64,000 nucleotides of DNA from Macrostomum hystrix (GCA_950097015.1 CATNEN010000003.1:3968001-4032000), one strand, 5' to 3'. Counted from the first letter of the stretch, positions 39,904-52,697 are shown. The notes: generated from the sequence alone by a model not told the origin. Translations and numbers: made by a program.

Positions 39904-41031
39904 GTCTAACAGCTTGGGTGTTTGTCTAACTGCTTCGGTGTTTGTCTAACAGCTTGGGTGTTTGTCTAACAGCTTAGGTGTCTGTCTAACAGCTTGGGTG
40001 TTTGTCTAACAGCTTGGGTGTTTGTCTAACAGCTTGGGTGTTTGTCTAACAGCTTGGGTGTTTTTCTAATAGCTTGGGTGTTTGTCTAACCGCTTCGGTG
40101 TTTGTCTAACAGCTTGGGTGTTTGTCTAACAGCTTAGGTGTTTGTCTAACAGCTTGGGTGTTTGTCTAACCGCTTCTGTGTTTGTCTAACAGCTTGGGTG
40201 TTTGTCTAACAGCTTGGGTGTCTGTCTAACAGCTTGGGTGTTTGTCTAACAGCTTGGGTGTTTGTCTAACAGCTTAGGTGTCTGTCTAACAGCTTGGATG
40301 TTTGTCTAACAGCTTGGGTGTTTGTCTAACAGCTTGGGTGTTTGTCTAACAGCTTGGGTGTTTGTCTAACAGCTTAGGTGTCTGTCTAACAGCTTGGATG
40401 TTTGTCTAACAGCTTGGGTGTTTGTCTAACAGCTTGGGTGTTTGTCTAACAGCTTGGGTGTTTGTCTAACCGCTTCGGTGTTTGTCTAACAGTTGGGTGT
40501 CTGTCTAACAGCTTGGGTGTTTGTCTAACAGCTTGGGTGTCTGTCTAACAGCTTGGGTGTTTGTCTAACAGCTTGGGTGTTTGTCTAACAGCTTGGGTGT
40601 TTGTCTAACAGCTTGGGTGTTTGTCTAACAGCTTAGGTGTCTGTCTAACAGCTTAGGTGTCTGTCTAACAGCTTAGGTGTCTGTCTAACAGCTTAGGTGT
40701 CTGTCTAACAGCTTAGGTGTCTGTCTAACAGCTTAGGTGTCTGTCTAACAGCTTAGGTGTCTGTCTAACAGCTTAGGTGTCTGTCTAACAGCTTAGGTGT
40801 CTGTCTAACAGCTTAGGTGTCTGTCTAACAGCTTAGGTGTCTGTCTAACAGCTTAGGTGTCTGTCTAACAGCTTAGGTGTCTGTCTAACAGCTTAGGTGT
40901 CTGTCTAACAGCTTAGGTGTCTGTCTAACAGCTTAGGTGTCTGTCTAACAGCTTGGGTGTTTGTCTAACAGCTTAGGGGTCTGTCTAACAGTTTATGTGT
41001 CTGTCTAACAGCTTGGGTGTTTGTCTAACAG
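39904..41031. repeat. 20-bp minisatellite, ~56 copies
   Basis: Unit GTCTAACAGCTT(G/A)GGTGT(T/C)T. Confidence 0.98.
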
Positions 41032-41667
41032 GTAACCAATCGATCTAAAGGTAATATATATTCTTGACTTGCAGGTCTGGGTTGCTTATGGTGTTGTGTG
41101 TTTCACTGAGTTTTTGTTAATTTAATTATCTTCATCTTCCATTAAGGGTAATGTGCCAACAGGCCTTGAAATATTTAGCAAATCTACTTTCCTTGTAGAT
41201 TTGTAATCTGCACCTAGTTAGTAATTTGTGTCTTGGAGGTTTTAATACAAATGTCCCTCATATTGTTACAATATTGGATAATCAAATATAGAACCAGCAT
41301 TTCACAAGAGTTTGGCCCCATCATTACAGGGCCAGACTACACGCATATTAAATGTATATAATTACTAGGTAGATACAGTAGTTGCGCAAGCATTGAGTTA
41401 CCTACTGGACTATGAGAATGAATATAGCAGTCTCAATGTGTTTATAACGCGGCCCTTTTAATATGTCCATTCACCAATTTGGATAGAAATTTAAAACTGA
41501 ATTGAACTGTCAATTGTGCTGGGGGGCACGTGCTGCTTATGGGATGTGGGAGACACACTGCATGCACTGGGTGTGTCCTGTGCCCACTTGAAGGCCAATA
41601 CAGGCGCACCTCATTTAACAACTGAATTTGAAATTATATCGAGTGAGAGTTTTTGTGTTGCAAATCT

Positions 41668-42237
41668 TTAATATAAGCGTGTATATAAGGATAAGGATAA
41701 GGAAAAAGATAAGGAGGCCGGTTGCGATGGGATCGAGTGGTTGAACATGAATATCCTCTCTTTGAATTTAGCGGCGCAGGTGCAGCTACGTTTGAAATAA
41801 ATCGTTGCATAAAACTTTGCACGAATCACTGAATTCTGTACCAAATGACCCTGATTGATAGATCTCGTAAATGCTGTATTATATGCTTCTGCATAACAAT
41901 CGTTACTTTTATCGGTTATCGTTAAATCGTTAAAAGTTAACTGAATCGATAGTTTCAATTTTCTCATATTAGAATGAATTGCTAAACTTCTAAAGATTGA
42001 CCAGAGGATAAACACTCGTGGATAAAAATGATCACAATTAACCCAATTAGGTGTACAGATGTTCGGTCTATGGACACAGTGTTTCCCGTGGCCTGAGATA
42101 TTTAAATATGGCAGTTCAAATAACAAGCTGCCAGATTTAAACGAAGCATCGGCATCGTCAAGGTATTCAACGATTCTCATCGCGACGATGGCAAAAACCA
42201 CAAAGATGAGCATAATTTTTCTGCTCAAAAATTTCAT
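41668..42237 (-). CDS. Intronless 189-aa hypothetical protein with N-terminal signal/anchor and 6 Cys
   Basis: True ATG with A at -3; hydrophobic IMLIFVVFAIVAM; non-repetitive 570-nt ORF in AT-rich DNA; ATTAAA overlaps the stop codon. No firm family assignment. Confidence 0.45.
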   Translation of the reverse strand: MKFLSRKIMLIFVVFAIVAMRIVEYLDDADASFKSGSLLFELPYLNISGHGKHCVHRPNICTPNWVNCDHFYPRVFILWSIFRSLAIHSNMRKLKLSIQLTFNDLTITDKSNDCYAEAYNTAFTRSINQGHLVQNSVIRAKFYATIYFKRSCTCAAKFKERIFMFNHSIPSQPASLSFSLSLSLYTRLY

Positions 42238-43035
42238 TATGTAACCCCGTGTTCTATTTGTGTTGATTACATAACTTCAGTTTTGAACTAAATATGGATT
42301 CGCCAGAGGTCTATGCGGAGCAATTTTAGTTGTCGTTGTCACCAGGATCTTCCGACAAGGATCGCTGAATGTCTCGACGATGCTAACGTCCGACGGCTTT
42401 GAAAGTTAGTTCATCGTAAAGGGCGAAAATGTTGATCCAAATAGTGCATGGACATTCGCGAAAATCGGTCATTCGGTTTGGGAGCTGTCGTGAAGTAGGC
42501 AGATGGTATTTGAAATATCCCCGTGCTCTTTCCCCTGGGGAGAAAATAGCAGCACAGCTAGGTCTTTCACCTGTTAAAGCCGAGTTAACATGTTAAACAA
42601 TTAGGACAATTCTAAATAAATTATTTTTTATCCAATAGTAACACACGCCATGGTGGTGTCTGATCCCCACTCGCAATGCAGATCCCTACTAGTCAACGGG
42701 AATAATTGAGTAGCCAATAGGCACCGAGCCTCACTCCTCTTCCCATTGGACGGCGCCAAAATGGGGAAGAATTTCGAGCGGGGATAATTTTTGTAAGGAA
42801 TGGCGCAGTAATTCACCAGCTCTCCTGTTCCCAGATACTTTAGACAATAAATATAGGGAAGATTTGTTTAAATCCCCGGAACTTAAAACTTCTCGGATCC
42901 AACTTATCTGACCGATTTCTCATCTGAACTCGAGTTAAAACAAAGGTAAGTCTATCGACTTTGAGAACTTTAGAAAAGTTTAGAAATAATCAATGATTGC
43001 AGTTTGTTAGAGGACACGACAATTGAGTAAAATAC

Positions 43036-43263
43036 AAGTTTACTCAGATTATAGACTCAGTTTACTTGTACGTGTTTACTCAGATTATAGACTCAGTTTA
43101 CTTGTACGTGTTTACTCAGATTATAGACTCAGTTTACTTGTACGTGTTTACTCAGATTATAGACTCAGTTTACTTGTACGTGTTTACTCAGATTATAGAC
43201 TCAGTTTACTTGTACGTGTTTACTCAGATTATAGACTCAGTTTACTTGTACGTGTTTACTCAG
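43036..43263. repeat. 36-bp tandem repeat, ~6 identical copies
   Basis: Unit GTTTACTCAGATTATAGACTCAGTTTACTTGTACGT. Confidence 0.96.
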
Positions 43264-44671
43264 ACACACTTTAGTGAGTGAGTATTTTAATTTTATAACA
43301 GATTTTATAGGCATTAATTGTCACTCCATTGCATTCCTAATTTACTCGGAGTCATAAAATGTGCAAAATCTTAGTAATTTAAGGGTCTCAAGGGTCTCAG
43401 AGTCGCATAAATTAACTGCTCAAGTCTACGCGGTGTGAATCAGTTATTGTTTCTAAATAGATTTTGTTGAATAATTTTGCATTAATTATGCCAATCATTT
43501 CAACATTAAGTTAAAGAACCTTTGAACTGATTTCACCAATCCAGCCTGCATATTAAACCTGACCCAGTGTGCTCAGACTGATCTCCAGAATTAAGGTCCG
43601 ATATATCGACACGGCCATAAACGCATTGGAAACAGACAAGCTCAATAAACGAGTGCTCACAATTATGCGGCGAGCAGAAAGTCCCCGTTAAATTGGTGCG
43701 GGATGCAATCTGAAATGCTCAAACCAGACGCGTGGAGAAGTTGTTTGACCCAAATAACAGCCAGGCTCAAGCTAGGACAGCCATGCAGCATGCTTATTTT
43801 CAAAGATTAGCCAGTGATGAAAAGTTATATAGGTAATAACCTTGATAGAAATAACACTCCATTTTCTTTTAATTCCTTCTCTTCTTTTCAGTTTAATTCC
43901 TTTCATAAAAACCTTGATAAACTGGGCAAATTGTCTGATAGTTGCCAGATAAAAGCCTGGGCCCTGAAAGAAAAGAATTAATCAATGGGATTATTATGAG
44001 AGTGGTGAGACTGGTGACACTCGTCCAGAAAACTCATGCTCAAAGCTTTGTAATTTTGCTGGTGACCATGCCATGCAGATTAGTTTAATCATGTTGAAAT
44101 GATTTGCACGCTTCAAAGCCACCAAAACCAACATGCTTAACCCCCCATGGGATTTGACTCTGTCTCCGTGTCCAAGTTGAATCAGATTAAACTAATTCAC
44201 CAAGATAATTTCAGCATTCCAACATCATCCGCCTATATAGGCCGCATGTAATACTGCAGTGGGGATCAATTTGATTAAAAGGGGAATATCTCGGTTTAGA
44301 TTTTGGCAAGCCTTTCCATTGTGAAGCCTGTAATATAACCTATTGGGACACAGACTGCAGATGGTCATAACACAGGTCCTGTTGATTAATACATCCGACA
44401 CCTGTCTTTAAGCTGCCGGGCTTAACATATCTGTATGGTCCTGGCATGGTCGATACAGGAAATTGGCTGATTTGGCTTTCACTTTCCTGCTGCTATTTCA
44501 TCTTCTAGATGGCTTCTCTGTGACTATTCCTTCAGCTTTGATTGAAGAAAACGAATTAACCTAATGCCTTTCCACGCCTGGCTTTCTTAGCTGGCTCTCA
44601 GCAACTCTGAGTAACCTCAGCGACTGCAGGTCTCATTTTACTTAATCATGCCCATTTCAGCTATGCAATGC

Positions 44672-44980
44672 GAGTGAGTCAGTTCATGAGTGAGTTTATG
44701 AGTGAGTTCATGAGTGAGTTTATGAGTGAGTTCATGAGTGAGTTCATGAGTGAGTTCATGAGTGAGTTTATGATTGAGTTCATGAGTGAGTTCATGAGTG
44801 AGTTCATGAGTGAGTTCATGAGTGAGTTTATGGGTGAGTTTGTTAGTGAGTTCATGAGTGAGTTCATGAGTGAGTTCATGAGTGAGTTCATGAGTGAGTT
44901 CATGAGTGAGTTCATGAGTGAGTTTATGAGTGAGTTCATGAGTGTGTTTATAATTGAGTTTACGAGTGAGTTCGTGGGTG
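44672..44980. repeat. 12-bp minisatellite
   Basis: Unit GAGTGAGTT(C/T)AT. Confidence 0.95.
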
Positions 44981-45889
44981 AGAGTAAAACATTAAATTTA
45001 GAATAGGATTTCGACCCCAATAGAAACAAAAAGATAAGCGCCCTTAAATCAGCTTCGAACAAAAGCAGATGAAGAAATTTGAAATTTGTCTTCGCATCTC
45101 ATGGGAGGCCCAGGTGAATAATTCCCTTAATCCTCTGTTGGGATGGAGTCCCAGTTTGGTAGATCACAACTACTCACGCTCAACCGACTCTGCATTGATG
45201 GTATTCCTGAATCCCAGAATCAAAAGCAGAGTTTCTTCATCATCTCCAAGCCTCAAGTTTAGCGGAATTAATCCTCATTTAGGCAGCGGCCCTCTAAAGC
45301 CTAATGCAATTACGAATTAATAACAAATCAATTTTGTCCAATTTCCTCAGCCATAATTTGGCCCTGGCCCTGTCGTTCCGTATTTGACTGTCGTAATTAT
45401 TTAAACTGACACCTAAGGAATGAAAAAACCTGGAAAGGAACGGGCCCAGTTTAATTATCTGAGCTGCTTTGCGTGATTCGATTATCTATAGCCTTAGTCC
45501 CTTTCCGCTAGCTCTCCAACCAGCCGCGATTCTTTCTGATGTCCCATCAGGATGAGAGAAAGTGTCAGAAGAGATCAACTTTCCGTGAAAAAATAACAGA
45601 ATGGAAGGCTGGAAAACTCTGTGATTTGGCAGAAATTTTGTGAGATATTTTTTTATTCGATAAAAAAACCTGGCTTCATTATTCAACGGGACTTGACTTT
45701 GGGATTTGGCATGCAGAATTCTTCCCTAAAAAAGCCAAAATTTTGGGGAGTGAAATTTCACACCGGCTTCACTTGAGGAAGAAAACGCTGAATGAGAATC
45801 TGGGATTATGGCGCAATTTGATGACAAGAATCCAAAATAGCAAAGCTTTTGGGAGAGGGCTGGCAAAAATATTGAAAACGCATGACTGC

Positions 45890-46300
45890 AGATAAACTTG
45901 TAGGATAAACACGACGATAAACTTGTAGGATAAACAGGACGATAAACTGTAGGATAAACACGACGATAAACTGTAGGATAAACACGACGATAAACTGTAG
46001 GATAAACAGGACGATAAACTTGTAGGATAAACACGACGATAAACTGTAGGATAAACACGACGATAAACTGTAGGATAAACACGACGATAAACTTGTAGGA
46101 TAAACAGGACGATAAACTTGTAGGATAAACACGACGATAAACTGTAGGATAAACACGACGATAAACTGTAGGATAAACACGACGATAAACTGTAGGATAA
46201 ACAGGACGATAAACTTGTAGGATAAACAAGACGATAAACTGTGGGAGAAACAAGACGATAAACTGTGGGAGAAACAAGACGATAAACTTTAGGACGAACA
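45890..46300. repeat. 24/25-bp minisatellite immediately upstream of the SKOR coding exon
   Basis: Unit GATAAAC(T)TGTAGGATAAACACGAC. Confidence 0.95.
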
Positions 46301-46355
46301 AGACCATTAACTGTAAACCATAATATAATCGTGATCATTGTTCGCATAGACAGCA

Positions 46356-47967
46356 ATGCAGCAGCAGCAGCAGCAGCATCATCATCATCATCATCAACAG
46401 CCCGACTACGAAGAGGACAGTGACAGTGACCAGAGCGGACGCCGCAGCCGTCGCGGCCAGCAGTCGGTGCAGCAGATCGGCAATGTCCAGCTCTACGGTG
46501 CCAGCATCGTCTCCCTGCAGCTGGACGGAGAAGAGCGCCTCTGCCTGGCCCAGATCTCCAACACCCTGCTGAAGGCCTTCTCCTACAACGAGATTCACAA
46601 CAGGCGGGTGGCTCTGGGCATCACATGCGTGCAGTGCACGCCCGTGCAGCTGGAGCTGCTGAGGCGCGCTGGTGCCATGCCAGTGTCCTCCAGACGGTGC
46701 GGCATGATCACCAGGCGAGAGGCCGAACGGCTTGTCAAGTCCTTCCTGGACGATGTGACAGTCCCACAGCTGCCGGAGACTTTTAGCTTCGACGTGAGCC
46801 ACAGCTGCGGCTGGGGCTGCCGCGGCTATTTCTATCCGTCTCGGTACACCAGCTCCAGAGCTAAGTGCATCCGCTGCCACCACTGCCAGCAGTTCCTATC
46901 GCCGAACAAGTTCATCTTCCACTGTCACCAGATCGACGGTCGGACCTATCGGCAGCCGGATGCGGCCAATTTTAACGCCTGGCGACGCCACCTCGGTCTG
47001 ACCGACCCGGCGCCCAACCGGGACCTGCTGTACAACTGGGAGGACGTCAAGGCCATGTTTAACGGCGGCTCAAGGCGCCGAGGGCCCGGCGGAACATCTG
47101 GCGATGGAGCTAACGACGGAGACGACGATGGCGGCATTGGCGACTATGACGAAGCTGTGCGGGACGGCGAGTCGGAGCGCGACAACAGCTCGCCGATTGT
47201 CAAATCAGAATCGGAACATGTGAGTCCTTTGATCATTCGATTGGTAATCCATTCCTTAATAAACCTTGGCGCGTTGAGTATAGTAGAGCGGTAAACGCGT
47301 TCGCCTCAAGCAGCTAGGTCAAGGTCCACGAGCTCGATTCGGCTGCGAAGCCATATTTACTTTAGCTAGAGCCCCCCAGGTCCCCATATTCCGAGTAGTG
47401 GCGCCCCCATTTGGTAGTGGCGCCCGAAAAAGGCACGGCCTCCCTACTAGACAAAAATCCTGGCTACAAACCTGTGTATTGTGTCAGTGCGGGCTCTGTC
47501 AGCATTAATGAGGCTTGCTGATCATTCCGCAGATGCCCAAGATGGACAAGCCAAGTGTCGGCAGGTCGCGCCATTCCGCTGCTGTCAAGCGATCACATTC
47601 TTCAATGCTGACGATGTCGAATCTGCAGCCGCCACCGCCACCGCCGCCGCCAACCCAGTCGGCACTGCCGCCTCTGGCACCGCTGCCGTTGTCAACAGTA
47701 ATGCCAAATTTACCGCCGTTCAGCGCACAGCAGTCGCCGCTGGATCCCTGGTTTCATCAGCAGCATGCTCAACATGGCGCGTCGCCCGCCGTCGCCGCCG
47801 CTGCAGCCGCCGCCGCCGCCGCAGCTGCTTGGCCATTGATGTGGGCGAAGGGACTGCCAGCTGGGTGGGGCGATAGGCAACAGCAGCAGCTGCCGCAGCA
47901 GCAGCAGCAGCCATTTTGGAGCTACGGAGCCCTTCCGTTTCCTCCTCCTGCTGCATTTTACCAGCAT

Positions 47968-48020
<53 letters not shown>

Positions 48021-48189
48021 TATTTACCGCCAAATGCCGACAATTCGTGCCCCGCTGACCGACGCTAAGCGATGTCGCTTCGTCGGCGCCGCTAGCGGCG
48101 GCAGCGGCTCAGCGGGTTACTCTATCGAAGCCATCATGGGTGTGGCTGCCGTCGACGGCGAATCGAACCCGCGACCTTCTCCGCAATGA
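46356..48189 (+). CDS. SKOR: SKI family transcriptional corepressor (SKOR/Corl/Fussel), exons 46356-47219 and 47533-48189, ~506 aa
   Basis: Diagnostic Ski/Sno/Dac domain ERLCLAQISNTLLK...NEIHNRRVALGITCVQCTPVQLE...RRCGMIT and SAND-like Smad4-binding domain (SSRAKCIRC...SPNKFIFH...QPDAANFNAWRRHL); phase-0 GT-AG intron. A possible acceptor at 46349 means further 5' exons cannot be excluded. Confidence 0.95.
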
Positions 48190-49159
48190 ATCCGAAATCA
48201 TTCGAAAGACTATACATTTTTATGTAGAACATTTTTCTTCTAATTCTGGTTAAATTGACAATTTTGAAAATTATTTACTGTCAAGCATGGCTTAAACAAT
48301 AGACTCATCGAAATCGAAATTTGTTTTAATACCAGTAACAACTAGTATCTTTGTTCCTTACTAGCACTGTAAGCATGTTTGCGTATTCATCGTCCGCTTA
48401 GAAATCGCTAAGTTGCATCAGACCTCATCATGGTCCAAATTATTTTTAATTCAGTTTCGTCTAAATATCGCTATAGTAACGATTTCTTAGAAAATAGTTT
48501 ACTTTGTGACCTTTGTATCGAGATAACATTTTGTTATTAACACTGTAAAATCAAAACATATTGACGTTTGTTGACAATAAACTAATGAACTCACTGTTAA
48601 TCGCATCAAATCTGGACGAGCTCGTATATGTTAGAGCGAGACGCGGTAAAGAGTGGCAAGTGGAAAACATGGCTTTTATAAACTTGAAAAGGAAGAACTG
48701 TTTTGCAGTCGCGATGAAAACATAGACAGGTAGCATTTTGGGGTAGGGTAGACAAGGCGCTAACAACTAAATAAAAGTACATAAAGTACAAATCATTCTT
48801 GGAGTATTACAAATCCGACACATATAAATATAAAAAAGCACAGTCACATAACTACAACCACAGTACTTTTCATTTAGGTTGAATTTGTGCAACCTACCAA
48901 GCAGCAACCACAATAATAAGGTGTTATTTAAAAATATATTTTGTCTCCTGACTTTTAAATTTGTAACTCGATACCCTACTTTCAGTAGCAGAAGTAGATA
49001 TAGAACATAAAAAAGACTTTGGCAAGATAGAAGTTACAAAAATTTATAAAAAATGTTTCTCCTGTCTCACCTATCTCTTCTAGGAGAGACAAAGGAGTGT
49101 AAGACACAGGAGGGATGAGTCAAGGGAGAGATGAGAGATGAGTGATGGATAGCTCACTA

Positions 49160-49765
49160 CTATCCTTCGTAAATGTTCAAATTTCAATAACTAAGGCAAT
49201 TTAACTGACTAGAGTGCCTGCTGTTACTGTTTTGTTTGTTCATGCTTAATGCTTGTTGTTTTTCAATTCAATGGTTTTGGCCATAGACAGATTGACCTGG
49301 CATGTACTATAGTTGGCTCCAATTCTAACTCTATGGTTTTGGGCCATAGAGAGATGCCGTGGCATGACTAGGTTGGATCAAACTCAGACTTTACATATAC
49401 TCAGACGTTACGAACTCTCATATTAACTTTCGAATCGCATTGATAGTTTATGCATTGCTCTGTCTCTCATAGCGATTATCCAGCGATAACTTGTCGAATT
49501 TCGAATTTCAAAGTATGGAAAGTATAATACGAAAAGGTCATCAATTAGAAGGACAAATACTACTAATTTGCTTCTAATCTACTACTACTTATCTAAACAT
49601 CTAGAGGCAGCTGTGTCTCAAGGTCTTAAAATCTGAAGGCATTTGTGTCTAAACAGCTAGAAGCAGCTGTATAGGAATATCCAAGGCAGCGTTATTAGAA
49701 TATTTAAAGAGACCATTTGAGGATCTGGAAGGAATATTTGAGGATCGAGAGGGACTATATGTAAG
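49160..49765 (+). pseudogene. Partial duplicate of the CUB-CTL gene upstream region with a truncated first exon (49515-49574)
   Basis: 49160-49574 matches 59037-59089 plus 61866-62224; 49590-49765 matches ~58300-58450; the exon-1 copy MESIIRKGHQLEGQILLICF breaks off before the donor. Confidence 0.7.
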
Positions 49766-50204
49766 CTAGCGGCGGTCGAACAAATCGGATCGTTATGTTT
49801 TATTTATTTATTTTATATTATTTTATTTTTGCGAGTGTCATTGCCGAGCTAAGCAGAGCCCCGTCACCTCCAGGGTCGTGTCCCAGGTGCAAAGTGCGGC
49901 TTCCTGCAACAATTGATTATCGGACGGCCTGTCCTGACTTTCGCAGCCTGCGGCATGCCAGCTAGATTTCTGCTCAGCTTCGACGAGACACCCAGAGCTT
50001 TTGCCTTTAGTTTTTGTCTGTCTCTTTTTTATGAGCGACAACAGATTGGGCTAGTTCTTCAATATACGGGATTAAATGCTTACCTCCTTATGTATTTCTT
50101 TGACTCTACGCAATATCCCTATTTTTTCTAACGAATTCGCACCGATTGCTTGGCCAACAAATTTCTCGCTTCATCACACAGACTCTCGATGGGTTTGCAA
50201 CCCA

Positions 50205-50508
50205 GTCATTGCAGCTTCAGACTCGTCACTGAGAGGTCCTGGGTTCGAATCACAAAAGTGGAAACTGTTTGTGTCTTTAAGCTAAATTATCAGTCTTGAT
50301 TCAGTTCACTCAGCTGAATTATCAGTCTTGATTCAGTTCACTCAGCTAAATTATCAGTCTTGATTCAGTTCACTCAGCTGAGTTATCAGTCTTGATTCAG
50401 TTCACTCAGCTGAATAATCAGTCTTGATTCAGTTCACTCAGCTGAATAATCAGTCTTGATTCAGTTCACTCAGCTGAATAATCAGTCTTGATTCAGTTCA
50501 CTCAGCTG
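50205..50508 (+). mobile_element. SINE head followed by a 32-bp tandem array (~7 copies) of its core segment
   Basis: GGTCCTGGGTTCGAATC B-box, then (GCTGAATTATCAGTCTTGATTCAGTTCACTCA)n. Confidence 0.7.
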
Positions 50509-51489
50509 AGATGAGACGGGAGAGAAATGAGGAAGGGAAGATATGAGACAGGCGAGTTGAGACAGGGGGGAATGAAACGGGAGAGATTAGACAGGGGAGA
50601 GATGACATAGAGGAGAGTTGAGAGATGGAGTAGAGATGAAGCTGGTGAAAGGCAGTGGCTAAGATTCTGGTCAAGATTTACTAGTTTTCCAGCCCCTGCT
50701 TATATAGGTGTAAAGTATGGGTGGAGGCTATAAAAGTACACTTAAAACAGTATCTGGCTGTGGCAGCCTAATCCAGGAGCCACCTGAAATCAGTGCACTG
50801 GACAGATATTCCACGAATAGAAATACCTGACTACTAGACAGGGGATCCATGAATAGACCCACGTTGACTACTCGGCGGGAGAGCAGATAATGAGTGAAGG
50901 TGCATTGCTATTGGCTAAAGGGCCAGCTAATCAGTTTTCATTGGACTAAGGTAAAGGGATAAAAATTGGAAATTTCCATTCACCATTTCGATCTCATGTC
51001 TATTTGAACAGCCTCGCCAGTAAAATTTAGTTTTCCCAATGAAATGTCCTGCAAATTAACAGAAAAGTACTGAAATAACAAAAACGGATAGTCGGATCTT
51101 TGAATTTTCCTTTATTATGCAGAGTGCAGACCCGTCAATAGCGGAGCAGTGTGAATCACTAGACTTATTTAACATTACAAGTGACGGAGCCCTATAGACT
51201 AGAGAACCCTGGAGAAGTCGTTTCCTACTTCTGAGTGAGTCGCGGACCCCGGGATTATAAGCAACTGGACTGGAAGGCTAAAAATAGCCCATACCACAAG
51301 GGGCATTAGTTTCCTACACAGCTTTTCTGCAGAGGGGCATGAATTGCTAACACAAATCACATAAATAGATAAATAGACACGTGCACAACTAAAAAAATGC
51401 TTTGCAACAGTGGAAAAAGCAAAAACATTTCTGACAAGCCACTTAATCCGAAACCGAGGCGAATCCGCAGTTAATTATTAGTAGGAATC

Positions 51490-52525
51490 GGCAGACTGAC
51501 TGGAGAGCTTCGCAATTTTCGCATGCAGTTGAAGAACGCTTTAGACAATCCTGTCTTCACATCATGTCCATAGGTGTATGTTGTGAGGTGGGTGAATGAT
51601 TCTAGAAAAAGTGCGTCGTCGGTCATTTCGTCCACGAGTCCACAAAATACCAGCTGCTGCTGCTGAGCGCCACATGAACTCCTTCTTCAATGTCTCCTTT
51701 CGCCGAATCTCTTAGAAAATTTTCCAGCAATGAGTGACCAAAACAAAAGCAAACTCAGTTGGCTGGCAAAGACCACCTCGGTTGATCTGGTCAATGAAGG
51801 AGGAGGCCTGTGCTGGAACCCAGTCAACATCTAACTGCGCGGCAGCATCTTCCTCCAACAGCAGTTCTCTGCACGCATCACACCTTCGGTTTTTCACCAG
51901 AGTTCGGGCAACAGCGGCAATGACGTCATAAATTACCGTCTGATCAGCAGGAGCTGGCTCGGAATCCATGTCTAGCTTTACGGCCAAGTTGTTGACACAC
52001 GCACAGCTTGCCGTCACACAGAGAGATTTGAAAACCAGCTGGCTTTCTCTCCTCCTGATCAAGTCTGGAGCGCACGTCGTGTAGGCTGCAATCAGCAATT
52101 GAGTCGGCTTCCTGAAAGGTGTCGATGCTGCTTTGCAGGGCACTGAGTTCCCGCTCCAGACGTTCAGAAGAAGTCGCCGCTGTTGATCTCTGCGGCTTTT
52201 TTTCAGAGGACAGGTAGGATGGAGCGTTGGGAAAGATGGACGGCACAGCCCCTTGTTTCAAAAGGCGTCTTAGTAGTTGCTCATTGCTCTTCTTACGTGC
52301 GACGTACGTTTGTATCCATGGAACTTTCAACGAAGTCGTCCGGATGAAAATGTCTGGAGCAAATCCTTGAGTTTTTTGTTGGCTCTCAGACTCCTGCCTT
52401 GGGTTGGCTCGCTTCCACTTTTCCAGAAGGGCGGGGTCCTTCCATGGAAAACTATGGAAGCTGACTCCTGCGACAGTTCCATTTGCTCGATTTGAGCATC
52501 CGTACGCTGAGCAAGCCTTCACCAT
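51490..52525 (-). pseudogene. Disrupted P-element transposase: THAP domain fused directly to the C-terminal domain
   Basis: MVKACSAYGCSN...FHSFP...W, ICSRHF in a shifted frame, AVPSIF box; then VARTLVKNRRCDAC...FIDQINRGGLCQPT...GH...FFNC with a stop and frameshifts. No room for the catalytic core. Confidence 0.88.
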
Positions 52526-52697
52526 TAGTGGTCTTCACTCTCAGAGTCTCAGACAATTATGAGTGCTAGTTAGCAAAAACAAGGAGAGATCGTTTTTAGG
52601 ACATGCTGTACAGTGCAGCGATTCTTGTAGTCCACTACACAGGCCACAACCCCGGCCGAAATACGAACAGGGACGAATTGGAATGTAGATTGTAGAG

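Noticed and set aside
4808-43263. CRISPR-like appearance of the 26-47 bp repeats
   Set aside because: Units are contiguous with no unique spacers, there are no cas genes, and the context is eukaryotic.
34558-46356. Repeat-derived ORFs (375, 366, 327, 317, 193 and 195 aa, SEFM repeats and similar)
   Set aside because: All coincide with tandem arrays; no domain or splice support.
46335-48043. Minus-strand ORFs overlapping SKOR (and those overlapping CKAP5 exons)
   Set aside because: Antisense shadows of GC-rich coding exons.
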